A DNA stretch of 64,000 nt from an uncultured Verrucomicrobiae bacterium (GTDB lineage Bacteria > Verrucomicrobiota > Verrucomicrobiia > Chthoniobacterales > JAFAMB01): NCBI GenBank assembly GCA_963762565.1, contig CAVXLD010000002.1:37140-101139 (forward strand), written 5' to 3'. Within the stretch, counting starts at the first letter, position 1; the number at the start of each line of letters is the position of its first letter. The position numbers were made by a program, and so were the translations under genes. Under the pieces are notes generated by a model. That model did no database searches. It saw only the letters and a program-made list of their open reading frames with translations, and was not told the origin of the DNA. This document shows, one piece after another, positions 1 through 11,455 of this stretch.

Positions 1-87
1 TGGATCGGCCCAACAGGTACCTAGGCCTGTCAACAGAACCGCCAGCACCAGGCTGCATCGAGCAAGAGAGGATCGCCAGAAACTCAT
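1..87 (-). CDS. 5' end of an exported protein (signal peptide MSFWRSSLARCSLVLAVLLTGLGTCWADP...), runs off the window
   Basis: ATG at 87 read manually; open to the window edge; signal-peptide-like; co-directional with the ACIII operon. Confidence 0.45.
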   Translation of the reverse strand, partial: MSFWRSSLARCSLVLAVLLTGLGTCWADP

Positions 88-164
88 AAGGGGACGACGA
101 GGTATTTGAAATACGGTACGAAGGTTTTGCTCTTTGTCATCAGAGTGGTCCGTCGCCGCAAGAC

Positions 165-436
165 TTGGTGGGGCGAGGCTCCTGAACGGCCAAACCATTT
201 CCATAAGACCCAGAGCGAATGCGGCCCTTGCATTTGATCGAAGTTGACAGACGCGCCGAGCCGCTGGCCCATGGCGTACCACGTTCCTAATCGCGGCAAA
301 AGAGTCAGGTCAAGCAACTGCACCACCTTGGTCCCAACGGCTCGGCGGGTCATTCGGCGTACTCCCACCATTTGATCGCTCAAGCCATAGTCCCTGTTGA
401 TCACTTCCAGGCCGTTCGGGAGCCTCGCCCCACCAA
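165..436. repeat. REPIN-like element family A, copy 1
   Basis: Terminal IR ttggtggggcgaggctcctgaacggcc / ggccgttcgggagcctcgccccaccaa; inner gccgagccg...cggctcggc. Confidence 0.85.
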
Positions 437-475
437 ATGTGGGCCCTACCTCACCAAATATCTGTGTCGCTATCA

Positions 476-1237
476 TCATCTCTGTTGGGGAGCCGGTGAA
501 GCGCTACCCGCCGGTTGGCTTGCCGGTGACGCTCCAGGCGCTGGTTTATTCGCCGCTTGCTGTTCTGATCCCCCAGCCTTGGCCACATCTTTGCCCGGCA
601 AGTTCATAAGTTCGGCGTAAGTCCATTGTTCCTTCCGATCCTTCAATTCGTCGCGCATCTGTTTTACTGCTTCAGGCGGGATCGGCGGCCCGTTGTTACC
701 CCAATCCGAACGAACATAGGTCAGAATATCGGCCAGTTGAGAATCCGTGTATTGGCCTTCCCAAGCTTGCATCGAATTATTAACGCTTTGGCCCCTGATG
801 GTTACTGGGCCTTGTAAACCCTTAAGCACAACCGCAATGAGACGGTTGCTGGCGTCACCTAACACGATCTCTGAGCCGGCTAACGGTGGATATTGGCCAG
901 GTAAACCCTGTCCAGTCGCTTGGTGGCAGGTAATGCAATTCGCGGAGAACAGTGCTTTCCCAATCACTTTTGGATCAGGAGCGGACTGAGGCCCTGAAGT
1001 GAGCGGACCGAATTTCGGCAAATAATCGAACACGTCGGCGCTGAAGCCTCCGCTGTAAGAGAAAAGATAAGCACCCGACCAGAATAGGCCGAAGAAAATC
1101 AAACCAATCAACCATCGCGGAATCACTCCGTCTCCTACCATGGGCACGGTCGGATCGTTGATCGCCGTCTCGCCGTCTCGCCCCTTCACCGTTTCGCTTG
1201 GTCCGGGTGTCTCTAAGTGTTCTTCGTGAGAGCTCAT
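476..1237 (-). CDS. Membrane-anchored monoheme cytochrome c
   Basis: One TM segment, CITCH motif, YPPLAGS, distal Met (NNSMQAW), Pro/Ala-rich tail. Confidence 0.85.
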   Translation of the reverse strand: MSSHEEHLETPGPSETVKGRDGETAINDPTVPMVGDGVIPRWLIGLIFFGLFWSGAYLFSYSGGFSADVFDYLPKFGPLTSGPQSAPDPKVIGKALFSANCITCHQATGQGLPGQYPPLAGSEIVLGDASNRLIAVVLKGLQGPVTIRGQSVNNSMQAWEGQYTDSQLADILTYVRSDWGNNGPPIPPEAVKQMRDELKDRKEQWTYAELMNLPGKDVAKAGGSEQQAANKPAPGASPASQPAGSASPAPQQR

Positions 1238-1857
1238 TGTTGTGGGGCCGGAGCTTCCGGTAAAGCGTAGTCCCGCTTGAGTGAAAGCAGGTAAGCAACT
1301 AGCGCTTCCGCTTCAGCAGTCGGTACAACTTCATGACCAGGTCGTGGAGCATCTGCCCCCTCCAGCTTCAACGCGTTTTGTGACGCTTGTCCCACGATGG
1401 CTTGGTCCTGGAATAGCCACCGATAAGAAGGCATTGTCGTCTCCGGGTCGAACAATCGTGGGTCGTACAAGTACCGATAAAACCATTGGGCATCCTTTTG
1501 CCGGACACCAACGTTAGTCAGGTCAGGACCAAACCGAGAAACGCCCCAGAAAACTTGACCGTCCTTGATGTAATCCCGAGCCACGGTTCGGCGCTTACCC
1601 CATTCCCGGTCGATATCGCTACCTTCGCTCTTGTCGCGGACAAACTGGGAATGACAGGAAATGCAACCGTTGGCCGCATACACGCGGTACCCCTGTTGCG
1701 CAGCGCCGGGTACATCGGGAGGAGCTACCTCTTTCGTGTTCGGATCGACATTTTCTTTCAGCGTAGCAAAGGAAAGGTATGGGTAGACGGCTAATCCCCA
1801 CCACGAGAGTCCGAATAGGACAAACGTGCCGCCGATAATCTTGCTTAGCCGATTCAC
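1234..1857 (-). CDS. ccoO: cbb3-type oxidase subunit II-like monoheme cytochrome c
   Basis: GCISCHSQFVR, SRFGPDLTNVG and TMPSY motifs typical of FixO/CcoO. Confidence 0.85.
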   Translation of the reverse strand: MNRLSKIIGGTFVLFGLSWWGLAVYPYLSFATLKENVDPNTKEVAPPDVPGAAQQGYRVYAANGCISCHSQFVRDKSEGSDIDREWGKRRTVARDYIKDGQVFWGVSRFGPDLTNVGVRQKDAQWFYRYLYDPRLFDPETTMPSYRWLFQDQAIVGQASQNALKLEGADAPRPGHEVVPTAEAEALVAYLLSLKRDYALPEAPAPQQ

Positions 1858-3314
1858 GCTACTGATACCTCCTCATTGATCACCGGTTCGGGAATTTCTT
1901 CAGAATCAGGGGCCCAGGCCGGATTCACAAAGACGGTCAGTAAGGCGCCTAGGCCCAGCAACGCGGAAAGTCCGATAAAAACGGCTGCGAGCTCGTAGCC
2001 AAGTAGAAATGGTTTGGAAAGATCGATCACCGCAGCAAACGGAACTTTCGGATCGATTAGGCCAAATCCTTGAAGCACCCCGGCAATGGTTAGATCAAAG
2101 ACCAGCATCCCAAGAGCAACAATAGATAGCCAGAAATGCACTTGAATCAGTTTGGTGTACTTCCAGGAGCGTCCGATTAATCGCGGCAGGATATAATAAA
2201 TCGCTCCGAAACAGACCAAGGTTACAAAGCCGATCAAGAAGAGATCGGTACGAGCGGTAATGGCCCAGGTAAATTCCAGAATCCGGTTTACTGATCGAAA
2301 GGTTGTGATGGCGTTCCAGATCCCCGCCAAACCAAACACCATACCGCCGGTCACAAGAAACCGTAAGGCTAGGTTCGGTTTAATCAGGTCGAATGAACCC
2401 TTCATGGTGAGATGAAGGTTGGTCGCAAACGCCAGGATCGGCACCACCAGCAACACATTGGCCACAACGCTAGCGGTCTGGATCCAGGCCGGAATAGGTC
2501 CACCGAGGATCTGCGCGATTCCGGTCCAACCGCCAAATGCGAGCATCCCCCAGAAGCTGATGACCGCTAGTTTTGCGCTATAAAGAGGGCGCCCGATCAA
2601 TAAAGGCACAAAATGGTAGACGATCCCGATACCTAAGGGGGTTAACCACAGACTAATCAGACAACCAAAATACCACCATTGAATCGCTGGTTCGGCCGGG
2701 CCGCCCACTTTAACGAATTGTAGGAAATCGTTCGCGCTTCCGTAAGCCCAGGCAAAAGAGATAAACGCAATCAGTAAAAACGCCTGGGAAATGTAGCCGC
2801 CTTTACTTCGCCGGCCAATAACTAGTGCGACCGCCCAAATCGCCATGATGATTTCTGCCAGCCAGATCGGAAACGCGGCATACAGCGGGAATTCCAGCCA
2901 TTCTCTTCCGGTGCTGCCACCACCCAATACGCCCCAAACACCAAACACCAGGCCAAGATTCCAAATAATCGCCGCCCACAATGGCAGGTAACCTCCGGGA
3001 AGCGGATTCTCGGCCATGCTGTCTAAGATCCAAATGGCGGCTCCAACACCGACCATGGATGCCCAGCCATACACGAGCAAATCCATGGCGACTGGGTAGA
3101 CGCGGCCATACGTCAGCCAGGCAACATCGGGAAAAACTAACGGCGCAAATGGATCCGCCGCCTGGAACGCGGACAATGTCCACAGCGCCGCCGCTATTAC
3201 GAGCCAGAAAAGGCCAGAGACAAAGAATAGCAGGATAGGACCGCGCAAAACAGAGCCGTTGCCGGTTGCAACCCGACTCACTTGAAGGTCCGCTATTTGG
3301 TTAGGAACAGGCAT
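1854..3314 (-). CDS. cbb3-type oxidase subunit I (CcoN)-like polytopic membrane protein with metal-ligand His residues absent
   Basis: WLTYGR, REWLEFP, QWWY, RPLYS, GPIPAW and HFWL segments match CcoN; His missing at ligand positions. Confidence 0.8.
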   Translation of the reverse strand: MPVPNQIADLQVSRVATGNGSVLRGPILLFFVSGLFWLVIAAALWTLSAFQAADPFAPLVFPDVAWLTYGRVYPVAMDLLVYGWASMVGVGAAIWILDSMAENPLPGGYLPLWAAIIWNLGLVFGVWGVLGGGSTGREWLEFPLYAAFPIWLAEIIMAIWAVALVIGRRSKGGYISQAFLLIAFISFAWAYGSANDFLQFVKVGGPAEPAIQWWYFGCLISLWLTPLGIGIVYHFVPLLIGRPLYSAKLAVISFWGMLAFGGWTGIAQILGGPIPAWIQTASVVANVLLVVPILAFATNLHLTMKGSFDLIKPNLALRFLVTGGMVFGLAGIWNAITTFRSVNRILEFTWAITARTDLFLIGFVTLVCFGAIYYILPRLIGRSWKYTKLIQVHFWLSIVALGMLVFDLTIAGVLQGFGLIDPKVPFAAVIDLSKPFLLGYELAAVFIGLSALLGLGALLTVFVNPAWAPDSEEIPEPVINEEVSVA

Positions 3315-3373
3315 ATCCCGGAGGTGAGAAATGAGAGGTGGGAGGTGAGAAGGGAGAGGTCGCAGGCCGATTG

Positions 3374-3704
3374 TTGGTGGGGCGAGGCTCCCGAATGCCC
3401 GACTGATATTCGCAGGGCTTACGGTCTATCCCAGCCTCACGGTGCGAAAGGCCGAATGGCTTGCCGACTTGTCCGACGTAGCTCCGCGCATTTTCGCCCA
3501 CAGAGCTATGTACGAGGCGTAGTCGGAGCCGGACCCAGGGCGATGAAAACTGAAAGACCCTCTGGAGGTTAGAATCGCGTCCAGACAGGTGGCACATCTT
3601 GGGCCAACGGCTCGGCGGGTTCATCGGCCTAGCAAAATTCGGGGATTTAAACCGTCGCGAACTCTGTAAACAATTGTCGGTCGATCGGGAGCCTCGCCCT
3701 ACCA
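3374..3704. repeat. REPIN-like element family A, copy 2
   Basis: tggtggggcgaggctcccga ... tcgggagcctcgccctacca; inner gagccg / cggctcggc. Confidence 0.8.
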
Positions 3705-3754
3705 GATTAGAGCGTCGCCCCACCAAATTAGGTCTTATCATTCCAACATTCATT

Positions 3755-4311
3755 TTAATGGCCGGTGGGTGACGTAGACGGCGAAGCGCTAGCAGTCGGC
3801 TCCGGGCTCGAACTGGGTGAGCTAGCAGGTGAAGGTGCTGGGGTAGCACTGGCTGAAGGCGCCGGGTTTGCTGGCGGCGTTACTAGCGGCTGCGACTTGG
3901 GTTGGCGGCTGCCGGAGCCGGACTCGCCGCTGGAGTTGGACTCGCCGTTGGCGGGTTAACCGGGCCGGCTGCATGCGGATGGTTCGCGGACAAATCCTTC
4001 AGCACTAATTCCATCGCCCGGTTAATCGGGATACCAACAATCCCTTTCGATTTATCTACCCAATGATAGGTCGTCAGGATCTTCTGATTATCCGCGTTTA
4101 ACTGAGCCAGATTCTTCAACCGCTCCGCTCGGGTTTCATCGGTGCTAGTGGGGATCGCTTGCTTTTGTAGGAACACGATCCAAACCAGGCCTAAAAAGAC
4201 CAGCAGCATCACCAATGTCGTAACAACGGTCAGAGTAGAAACTTCCCGCTTCTCCCGCGTCTGCGGGACTCCGGCGTGACCGGTTTTGTGGGATTCGACG
4301 GCTTCGGACAT
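3755..4311 (-). CDS. ActG-like single-TM ACIII-associated protein; apparent frameshift near 3900 before a Pro/Ser-rich tail
   Basis: TTYHWVDKSKGIVGIPINRAM motif; ORF 3883..4311 stops early, and another frame continues PPANPAPSAS...TGH* to 3755. Confidence 0.6.
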
Positions 4312-4315
4312 AGGA

Positions 4316-5551
4316 TCAATTGCTCAGCTTTAAAGATTCCAACAACCGCGGGTCCTTGGCTGGAAATAGGTACGCCTTGCCCAACGTTCTTAGGAAAATG
4401 AACGCGAGCGGGCAACCAATAGCAAAAACGCACAGAACATCGAGAGGATGGGTTGAAATCCGGTTGGATGAACGAACGGCATAATGGTGACGTACATATC
4501 CAGCAAATGCATGATCAGCACCCAAACCGAAATAGCGGCCAGGAATTTTGAGTTCCGCTTGGTGTATTCAAACAACAAATAAAGGAATGGGATAAAGAAA
4601 CGTCCAACCACCAGTCGCGGTGCTGAGGGTATTCCAGGACTCGACATTCCGTCGAAGAAACCACTCGGTCTCCTCGGGAATGTTGCCGTACCAAATCAAC
4701 ATGTATTGGGCGAACCCGATGTATCCCCAAAAGATCGAGAAGCAGAAAAGGAGCTTACCCATGATGTGATAGTGCTCCTCGTTAACGAAACTGAGGTAAC
4801 CCGCGTTCTTCAAGCCGAACACCACGAGAATAATCAGGGACATGCTCGCCCCCGCTGATCCGGCAAAAATATAAACTCCCCACATGGTAGAAGCCCAGCG
4901 ATAATCCAGGGACTGCCATCCAGTCGAACGCCATCAAAGTCGTACACACCGCAAAAAGAATGAGTCCGGGAAACGAAAAACCGCGCATCTGGATCGATCG
5001 CTTCGGATCGCCGTCGCCGTCCTGTTTGATCGAGGTGCGGCGGAAGTAAAACGCCGCTCCCATGAAGTAGGCGAAGTAAAGCACGGCCCGAACCCAGAAG
5101 AATGGAACCTCGATCGGTCCAAGGTGCAGGTTGAAGTAAGATAATTTGTCTCTTAACCCCGGCTCCAGATGCGGTTTGTGGATGTCCGTAAGCCACTGCC
5201 AAAGGTCGTACCGCAGCAAAAAAATCGGGATAAAGAAAATCAGCATCCACGGAACCAAGGCCGCGAGATTTTCCATCTGCCGCCGTACGACAATGCCCCA
5301 GCCCGAGTCGGTCGCGTGATGCAATAAAATCCAGAACAGACAACCAATCAGGATGGTGAAGAAATAGAGGAAAGCGAATAACCAGGAAAATATGAATTGA
5401 TGTCTTTCCTGGCTGCCCGCTGGAGCAAAAACCCGAGTAACAGCGCGCCGACCAACGAGATGAGGCCCATCGCCAGCAAAGCGATCATAAACCGGGACAT
5501 CCCCTTGGATTGGAATGTCTCCGGAGCTGGGACATGCGAATGATTACTCAT
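4316..5551 (-). CDS. actF: ACIII membrane subunit ActF, split by about 4 single-base frameshifts
   Basis: Pieces HHATDSGW..RRQME, FDWM.SLDYRWASTMWG, HYHIMGKLLF..YIGFAQYMLIWYGNIPEE and DPRL join across frames. Confidence 0.8.
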
Positions 5552-6242
5552 TTTTGAGCCTCCAAGGCGGCACGTTGACTCTTCTGGTACATCATTGATG
5601 GTGGCATTTTGGCTTCGTTGCAGAGCACGGATATAGGCAATAATCGCCCAACGATCCTTGACGGTAACCTTGTCTCCATAAGCCATCATCGTGTTGTGAC
5701 CGTGCGTGATGGTGTCAAAGATCTGGCCGTCGGCCATCTCTCGGTACTTATCCTGGTGATAGTTCGCGATGCTCAGAAGACCGTATTTCGAAGTGATCCC
5801 ATTACCGATCCCGGTGGCGCCGTGACAGACCGCGCAGTCAATATTGAACACGTCATGGCCTCTCTGTAGCAGATCCGCTGTTACCTGGATCTGCTCCCGG
5901 CATTCCGGTCCCCCAATTTTCTCCCATCTTTCCCGTGTTATAATAATCGGTGCCGGCGCTGAACTCGCCAAACGGCGACATGATGTCATTGGGTACGCCG
6001 GAGTTTTGGAAGGGATGCCCTGGGATATCGTAACCCATAGGAATAGTCCCTCCGACTGGATACCTGGAGCCTGCGCCGTCAGCGAAAAAGTCGCTCGGTT
6101 TTTGGTATTTCACCTTCGACTGACGCTTCATATCGCTAAAGAACTCGATCGGAGGAGCAGCATGCCTTTCGCCTCGAGTGCCGAGCAATCCGACGGTCAC
6201 GACGCAAAGCAAGCCAAATCCAATCAGGAAATTCTTAATCAT
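5548..6242 (-). CDS. actE: ACIII monoheme cytochrome c ActE, with 2 apparent frameshifts (~5897, ~5578)
   Basis: DMKRQSK N-terminal part; CAVCHG and DRWAIIAYIRALQ C-terminal part in another frame. Confidence 0.8.
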
Positions 6243-6798
6243 TATCGTCGTAAATGAGCGTTGCTTCTTTCCCGCCGATCTCAGTGAGGAACTCCACCGT
6301 GCCGGTCTCGGAGAAACGGGGGTCAACCGCTTCGATCACCAGAAAGAAAGAGTCCCTGGTAACACGCCTAAAGGAGGGATAGCCAAATAACGGATGATGA
6401 AACCGCGGTAACCGGTTCAGCACAAAAACACCGAAGAAGGCGGTGAAGGCGGAGAGCAAAATGGTTAGCTCAAACATGACCGGGAAAAAAGCCGGAACCG
6501 TGAAAAAGTTCACCGGCTTTCCGTGAACAATCAGCGGGTAGAGAAATGATGATGGGATGAACTCCAAGGCGACCGCGGTGGCAAACCCGGTAAAACCGCC
6601 ACAAAAGATGATGTAACCGAGGTACGATCTACCCAACCCCATCGCCTTGTTCATTCCGTGGATAGGAAATGGTGAGTGAACATCCCAAAACCGGAACCCT
6701 TTATCCCGGACTGTCTCGGCAGCGTGGTAGAGTTCGGCGGCCGACCCGAATTCTGCGATCGCGGCAAATGGTTCTTGTTTAAGAGCAGCTGCGGTCAT
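6235..6798 (-). CDS. actD: ACIII subunit ActD (DUF3341-type)
   Basis: [14 protein letters not shown] and FELTILLSA motifs; operon position. Confidence 0.9.
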   Translation of the reverse strand: MTAAALKQEPFAAIAEFGSAAELYHAAETVRDKGFRFWDVHSPFPIHGMNKAMGLGRSYLGYIIFCGGFTGFATAVALEFIPSSFLYPLIVHGKPVNFFTVPAFFPVMFELTILLSAFTAFFGVFVLNRLPRFHHPLFGYPSFRRVTRDSFFLVIEAVDPRFSETGTVEFLTEIGGKEATLIYDDND

Positions 6799-8243
6799 GC
6801 GCGTGCCTCCCCTAAATCTTCATCCGCAGTGTCTTGATGCGGCACTGGCGGTTCATAATGAGGATCCGCTTCCGGTAAGACTGATCTAACCTCAGACATC
6901 GCCACCATCGGCAAAAAGCGAATGAACAAGAGAAAGAGCGTAACGAAGATTCCGATTGTTCCGATAAAGGTCCAAATATCGACCCAGGTCGGGTAGTACG
7001 TGCCCCAGCTCGAAGGCAGGAAGTCGCGAGTCAACGAGATGACGAAGATGACGAACCGCTCGAACCACATCCCGCAGTTCACACACATGGCAACGAAAAT
7101 AACTGTAATTACGTTACGCCTGAATGCGCGCACCCAGAACAGTTGGGGCATAATCACATTGCAGGTGAACATCGACCACGAGGCCCACCAGTAAGGGCCA
7201 AAGTAGCGGTTGATAAAAGCAAAGCGTTCAAATGGGTTTGCTCCGTAGTACGCCACGAAAAACTCCATGCTATAGGCGTAACCGACAATCGACCCGGTCA
7301 GCAGGATGATCTTGCACATCACATCGATGTGATTCCAGGTGATTACATCATGCAGCTTGTAGATCGACCGAGCCGGCATCAAAAGGGTCAACACCATGGC
7401 GAAACCGCCGAAGATGGCGCCCGCAACGAAATAGGGCGGGAAAATCGTGGTGTGCCATCCCGGTAGGATTGACGTAGCGAAGTCGAAGGACACCGTTGAG
7501 TGGACCGAGAGCACTAGCGGCGTGGAAATACCGGCCAGGACCAGGTAAGCCATTTCGTAGTGCCGCCACTGGCGATTCCCTCCGCGCCAGCCGAGGGCCA
7601 ATATCCCGTACACAACTTTTCCGACTTTACTCTTCGCTCGGTCCCGCAGGGTTGCCAGATCAGGTACCAGACCCAGAAACCAGAATAAGACCGAGACCGT
7701 GAAGTAGGTCGAGACCGCAAAGACGTCCCACATCAACGGGCTGCGGAAGTTGGGCCAGATCCAATTCGGAACAGGTACAGGGGCGAGAAACCAGGCCATC
7801 CAGATTCTGCCCACATGGATCCCAGGGAAAATAGCGGCGCACATGACCGCAAACAGCGTCATTGCTTCGGCAGAGCGGTTGACTGCAGTCCGCCATTTCT
7901 GGCGAGTTAATAGGAGAATCGCGGAGATAAGGGTACCGGCGTGTCCAATGCCGATCCAGAAGACGAAGTTGGTAATCCCGAATGCCCAACCAACCGGAAT
8001 ATTGTTACCCCAGACGCCAACCCCGGTAAACAAGAGGTAAAAGATACAAAAGACACCGAAAGCGGCTATCGAGCCGGTAATGCCGATGGCGATAAACCAC
8101 CAGAGCGGTGTCTTACTCTCGGGAACGCCCGCGATCAGATCGGTGATCCACGCCATCGAGCGGTTGTTTTCGACGTACGGTGGACGCGGCATGCGTTCCA
8201 CAAAAGGAACCATCTTAGGGGCAGAGACCTGCGTTTCAGCCAT
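6795..8243 (-). CDS. actC: ACIII quinol-binding subunit ActC (NrfD family)
   Basis: [53 protein letters not shown]. Confidence 0.95.
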   Translation of the reverse strand: MAETQVSAPKMVPFVERMPRPPYVENNRSMAWITDLIAGVPESKTPLWWFIAIGITGSIAAFGVFCIFYLLFTGVGVWGNNIPVGWAFGITNFVFWIGIGHAGTLISAILLLTRQKWRTAVNRSAEAMTLFAVMCAAIFPGIHVGRIWMAWFLAPVPVPNWIWPNFRSPLMWDVFAVSTYFTVSVLFWFLGLVPDLATLRDRAKSKVGKVVYGILALGWRGGNRQWRHYEMAYLVLAGISTPLVLSVHSTVSFDFATSILPGWHTTIFPPYFVAGAIFGGFAMVLTLLMPARSIYKLHDVITWNHIDVMCKIILLTGSIVGYAYSMEFFVAYYGANPFERFAFINRYFGPYWWASWSMFTCNVIMPQLFWVRAFRRNVITVIFVAMCVNCGMWFERFVIFVISLTRDFLPSSWGTYYPTWVDIWTFIGTIGIFVTLFLLFIRFLPMVAMSEVRSVLPEADPHYEPPVPHQDTADEDLGEARA

Positions 8244-11200
8244 TATGCGTTTCCTCCGGTTGGTACGCTAGTTTGTGTTCGTTCCTGCTCGTTGTCTTCG
8301 TGTTCGGCGTTGATCTTCCCGACTTTGGCGGCTCCCGGCATCTTTGGATTCGGGTTGCGCAGCCTGGCGAGATAACCCGTGCGCGTCTGGATGTTAAGGT
8401 ACTCGAGCAAATGGTATTCCTGCGGTAATTGGCGTTCCTTCGCGACCTGGCTCTCGGGATTTTTCATATCCCCAAAAACGATCGCTTCCGCTGGACAAGC
8501 CTCTTGGCAAGCGGTCCGCACGCTATCAGTCGGAAGCGATAGATCTCCGGTGACACCTGCCTTGATTCGTTGGGAAATCTTGGCGGTCTCAATCCGCTGG
8601 ACGCAATAAGTGCATTTCTCCATGACGCCACGGCTGCGCACCGTGACATTCGGATTCTTCTGCAACTTGGAGATCTCATCCATTCCCCACTTCGCGAGCG
8701 GCCCAAGGATAAGTGTCTGCTTGCCTTGGAACCCAGGTAAACCCCATTCGAGCTTATCTGTTACCGAGCGATCGTTGTAATTGAAGAAATTGAACCGGCG
8801 GACCTTGAACGGGCAGTTGTTGGAGCAGTACCGGGTCCCGACACAGCGATTGTAGACCATCACATTCAATCCCTCTTCGCTGTGAACCGTGGCGTTCACC
8901 GGGCAGACCGTTTCACAGGGCGCGCTTTCGCAATGCTGGCACATCATCGGCTCAACCACCATCTCAGGGTCGTCGTCGAGGTGCGGATTATGCACATCCC
9001 CATCAGCACTGGAAAAATAGCGGTCGATCCGCATCCACTGCATCTCCCGGCCGCGTTCACATTGATCCTTACCAACTATCGGGATGTTGTTCTCTGCCTG
9101 GCAAGCGATCACGCAAGCGGAACAGCCGATACAGGTATTCAGATCAACCACCATGGCCCATTGATTGGGAGCGTTCAGTGGTGGATGCGAATAAAGCGAA
9201 ATGTTCGGCGGGATCTCGGCATCCATCCACATCTTCTTGGCGAATGCCGGGTTCTTCTCATAATCCTCGAGCGAGCCTTCCCGAACCAAGGCGCGACCCT
9301 CCATGCTATGATGGAGTTGAGTGCGAATCAGTTTATATCCATCGCTCTGCAGCAATTTGATACTTACACCCGTAGCGAAATAAAGGGCTGCAGTCGTGCG
9401 CAGTTTGTAAGCGTTAAACCCGCTGCCTTCACCGATCCGGCCTACCTTGTCTCGGCCATAGCCCAGCGTGAACGTTAGTGAATTATCTGCATGGCCGGGT
9501 GAGATCAGCACGGCCGCCTTAACTTTGCGATCTCCGACCGTGATCTCGACCAAGTCTCGCTCGGCTAGCCCAAGGGCTGTCGCCGTGACCGGACTAACCT
9601 GGACCCCGTTATCCCAGGTCAACTTGGTGATGGGGTCGGGCATTTCCATTAGCCAGGCGTTGTTGGTGTAACGCCCATCCTCAACTTTGTAGTCACCGGC
9701 AAAAACAATTTCCAAGGCGTTAGCACTGACCGGACCCGGAAGCGCGGTCGCTGTTCCCAATAACCCGGAGACACTGCCGAAGTTAGGTTTTGCCGGGCTA
9801 GCCTGATAAGCCGTGTCGGCCGTATATCCGTGGCGCAATAACGCGGTCCACGCTTCTTCGAAATCGCCGGTACCGGCAAACGCTTTAAAGGTTTCCCGGA
9901 CTGCTTCCAGTCCGCTCGGGATGGCCGCCAGTTTGGTCAACAGGTCCAGCTGCGACCAACCGCCAAACAGCGGTAAGATCATTGGTTGAACCGGCAGATA
10001 AGTCCCGGTGGGATCGCGTTGATCTCCCCATCCCTCCAGATAATGGGCCTCAGGAACGAACCATCGGAGATTATCTGAGGTCTCGTTTTCCCAGTAACCA
10101 AGTTGGACGACCTCAGGTACCTGCTTCTGAACTTGCTCGGCCCACTGCAGATCCGCAGGTGCTGTATATGCCGGATTGCCAGCCAGAATGAACAACCGCT
10201 TTACGGTCCCGGCTTTAACATCCTTGGCTAGGTCTTCAATGGTGCCGCCTTTTATCTTCGGAGCGGTCAGCACCTGAATGGTAGAACCAAACGCCCCCAG
10301 CGCATTATTTATCGCATAGGCTAACGCTTGAATCGCAGCTGGGTATCGGTTGCCCAACAACACTAGGCTCTTGCCTTTGCGAGCCACCAGATCGTTGGCG
10401 CACTCGGTAACCCATTTTTCGTCAAAGGTGACCGTGGTTTTGAACTGGCCGGCCAGCGAGGTCAAATCTTGGTCGCCCGTCGCTGCCGCCACCTTGTTCG
10501 CGAGCGCAACCGCAAAAGAAGGAATATGGGCGGCAGGGCACCGTAATCGGTGATCCGCCATTCCGCCGGTAATAGTGAACCGGTTCTCCACCGAATAGAG
10601 CCGGTTTACGGCTTCGGTCGAACCTCGAACCCGGCGGCGAGCACTAAAAGCTTTAATGTTATCTAAGGTCTGCTCGAGGCCCAGGAAATCGGCATCGAGC
10701 GAAAGGATCACATCGGCGTTAGCCAAGTTCGCCCGTAGGGCAACGTCAGCGCCGAACAGCGCTTCAACCACCGGATTGATCTCGTCATTGCCGAGCGGTT
10801 CATCGTAATAGAACCGGGCTTGGGGAAAGTCTTGCTGCAACTTCTTAAGAGCCCGGTCGCGCGTCGGTGACCATTGTTCATCAAACAACAACGCAAAACC
10901 GGCCCCTCCGTTCTGCTGCAACTCATTGCGAACCTGTTTTAGATAGGCCTCAAACTTCTCAGCGGTGCTTTCAGCCCCCTTTTCGCGGAAGAAGCGGGCG
11001 CGATCCGGATCGTACAAGTTCAGGATCGACGCCTGGGCGAAAAGATCCGTCCCTCCGTTATAACCTGGAACTAGAGGGTTACCTTCGAGCTTGGTAGGTC
11101 TTCCCTCGAAAGTGGTAGCAACCAATGGCATGCCGCCGAACCGGCGAGGCATCGAAGTGGTGTAAAGAAGGGCCTTACCCGGGATCAACCATTCAACACT

Positions 11201-11455
11201 TTTGGTGTAGGGAACAATGTAGGTCTCCGGACGCCGGCAGCCGCTGAGTCCAACCCCGGCCAGCGCCAGGGATGCTCCCATCAAACGCATGAAATTACGC
11301 CGGGAGACGCCGTCCATCTCCAGTTCGGCCGCTCCCTCGGGAAACTCGCGCTCCAGCCAACTCTTGAACTCAGGAGTTTCTGCTAGCTCCTCGAGTCCAC
11401 GCCAATAACGCCGGCCGGTCGCGGGTTCGGGGGGATGTTGAAAAATCCTCTTCAT
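8243..11455 (-). CDS. actB: ACIII subunit ActB (molybdopterin-oxidoreductase-like plus Fe-S domain)
   Basis: YWRGLEEL, Tat motif [50 protein letters not shown] overlaps the actA stop. Confidence 0.95.
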   Translation of the reverse strand: MKRIFQHPPEPATGRRYWRGLEELAETPEFKSWLEREFPEGAAELEMDGVSRRNFMRLMGASLALAGVGLSGCRRPETYIVPYTKSVEWLIPGKALLYTTSMPRRFGGMPLVATTFEGRPTKLEGNPLVPGYNGGTDLFAQASILNLYDPDRARFFREKGAESTAEKFEAYLKQVRNELQQNGGAGFALLFDEQWSPTRDRALKKLQQDFPQARFYYDEPLGNDEINPVVEALFGADVALRANLANADVILSLDADFLGLEQTLDNIKAFSARRRVRGSTEAVNRLYSVENRFTITGGMADHRLRCPAAHIPSFAVALANKVAAATGDQDLTSLAGQFKTTVTFDEKWVTECANDLVARKGKSLVLLGNRYPAAIQALAYAINNALGAFGSTIQVLTAPKIKGGTIEDLAKDVKAGTVKRLFILAGNPAYTAPADLQWAEQVQKQVPEVVQLGYWENETSDNLRWFVPEAHYLEGWGDQRDPTGTYLPVQPMILPLFGGWSQLDLLTKLAAIPSGLEAVRETFKAFAGTGDFEEAWTALLRHGYTADTAYQASPAKPNFGSVSGLLGTATALPGPVSANALEIVFAGDYKVEDGRYTNNAWLMEMPDPITKLTWDNGVQVSPVTATALGLAERDLVEITVGDRKVKAAVLISPGHADNSLTFTLGYGRDKVGRIGEGSGFNAYKLRTTAALYFATGVSIKLLQSDGYKLIRTQLHHSMEGRALVREGSLEDYEKNPAFAKKMWMDAEIPPNISLYSHPPLNAPNQWAMVVDLNTCIGCSACVIACQAENNIPIVGKDQCERGREMQWMRIDRYFSSADGDVHNPHLDDDPEMVVEPMMCQHCESAPCETVCPVNATVHSEEGLNVMVYNRCVGTRYCSNNCPFKVRRFNFFNYNDRSVTDKLEWGLPGFQGKQTLILGPLAKWGMDEISKLQKNPNVTVRSRGVMEKCTYCVQRIETAKISQRIKAGVTGDLSLPTDSVRTACQEACPAEAIVFGDMKNPESQVAKERQLPQEYHLLEYLNIQTRTGYLARLRNPNPKMPGAAKVGKINAEHEDNEQERTQTSVPTGGNA

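Noticed and set aside
84..479. 131-aa ORF, and similar ORFs at 3301-3849, 47404-47726 and 54711-55388 with WGEAP, REPRPT or GEPLW words
   Set aside because: They are translations of intergenic inverted-repeat elements, with no protein-family character.
5348..5989. Apparent ActE-ActF fusion ORF
   Set aside because: It is explained by a frameshift near 5578; the corrected actE ends QRAALEAQK* overlapping the actF ATG.
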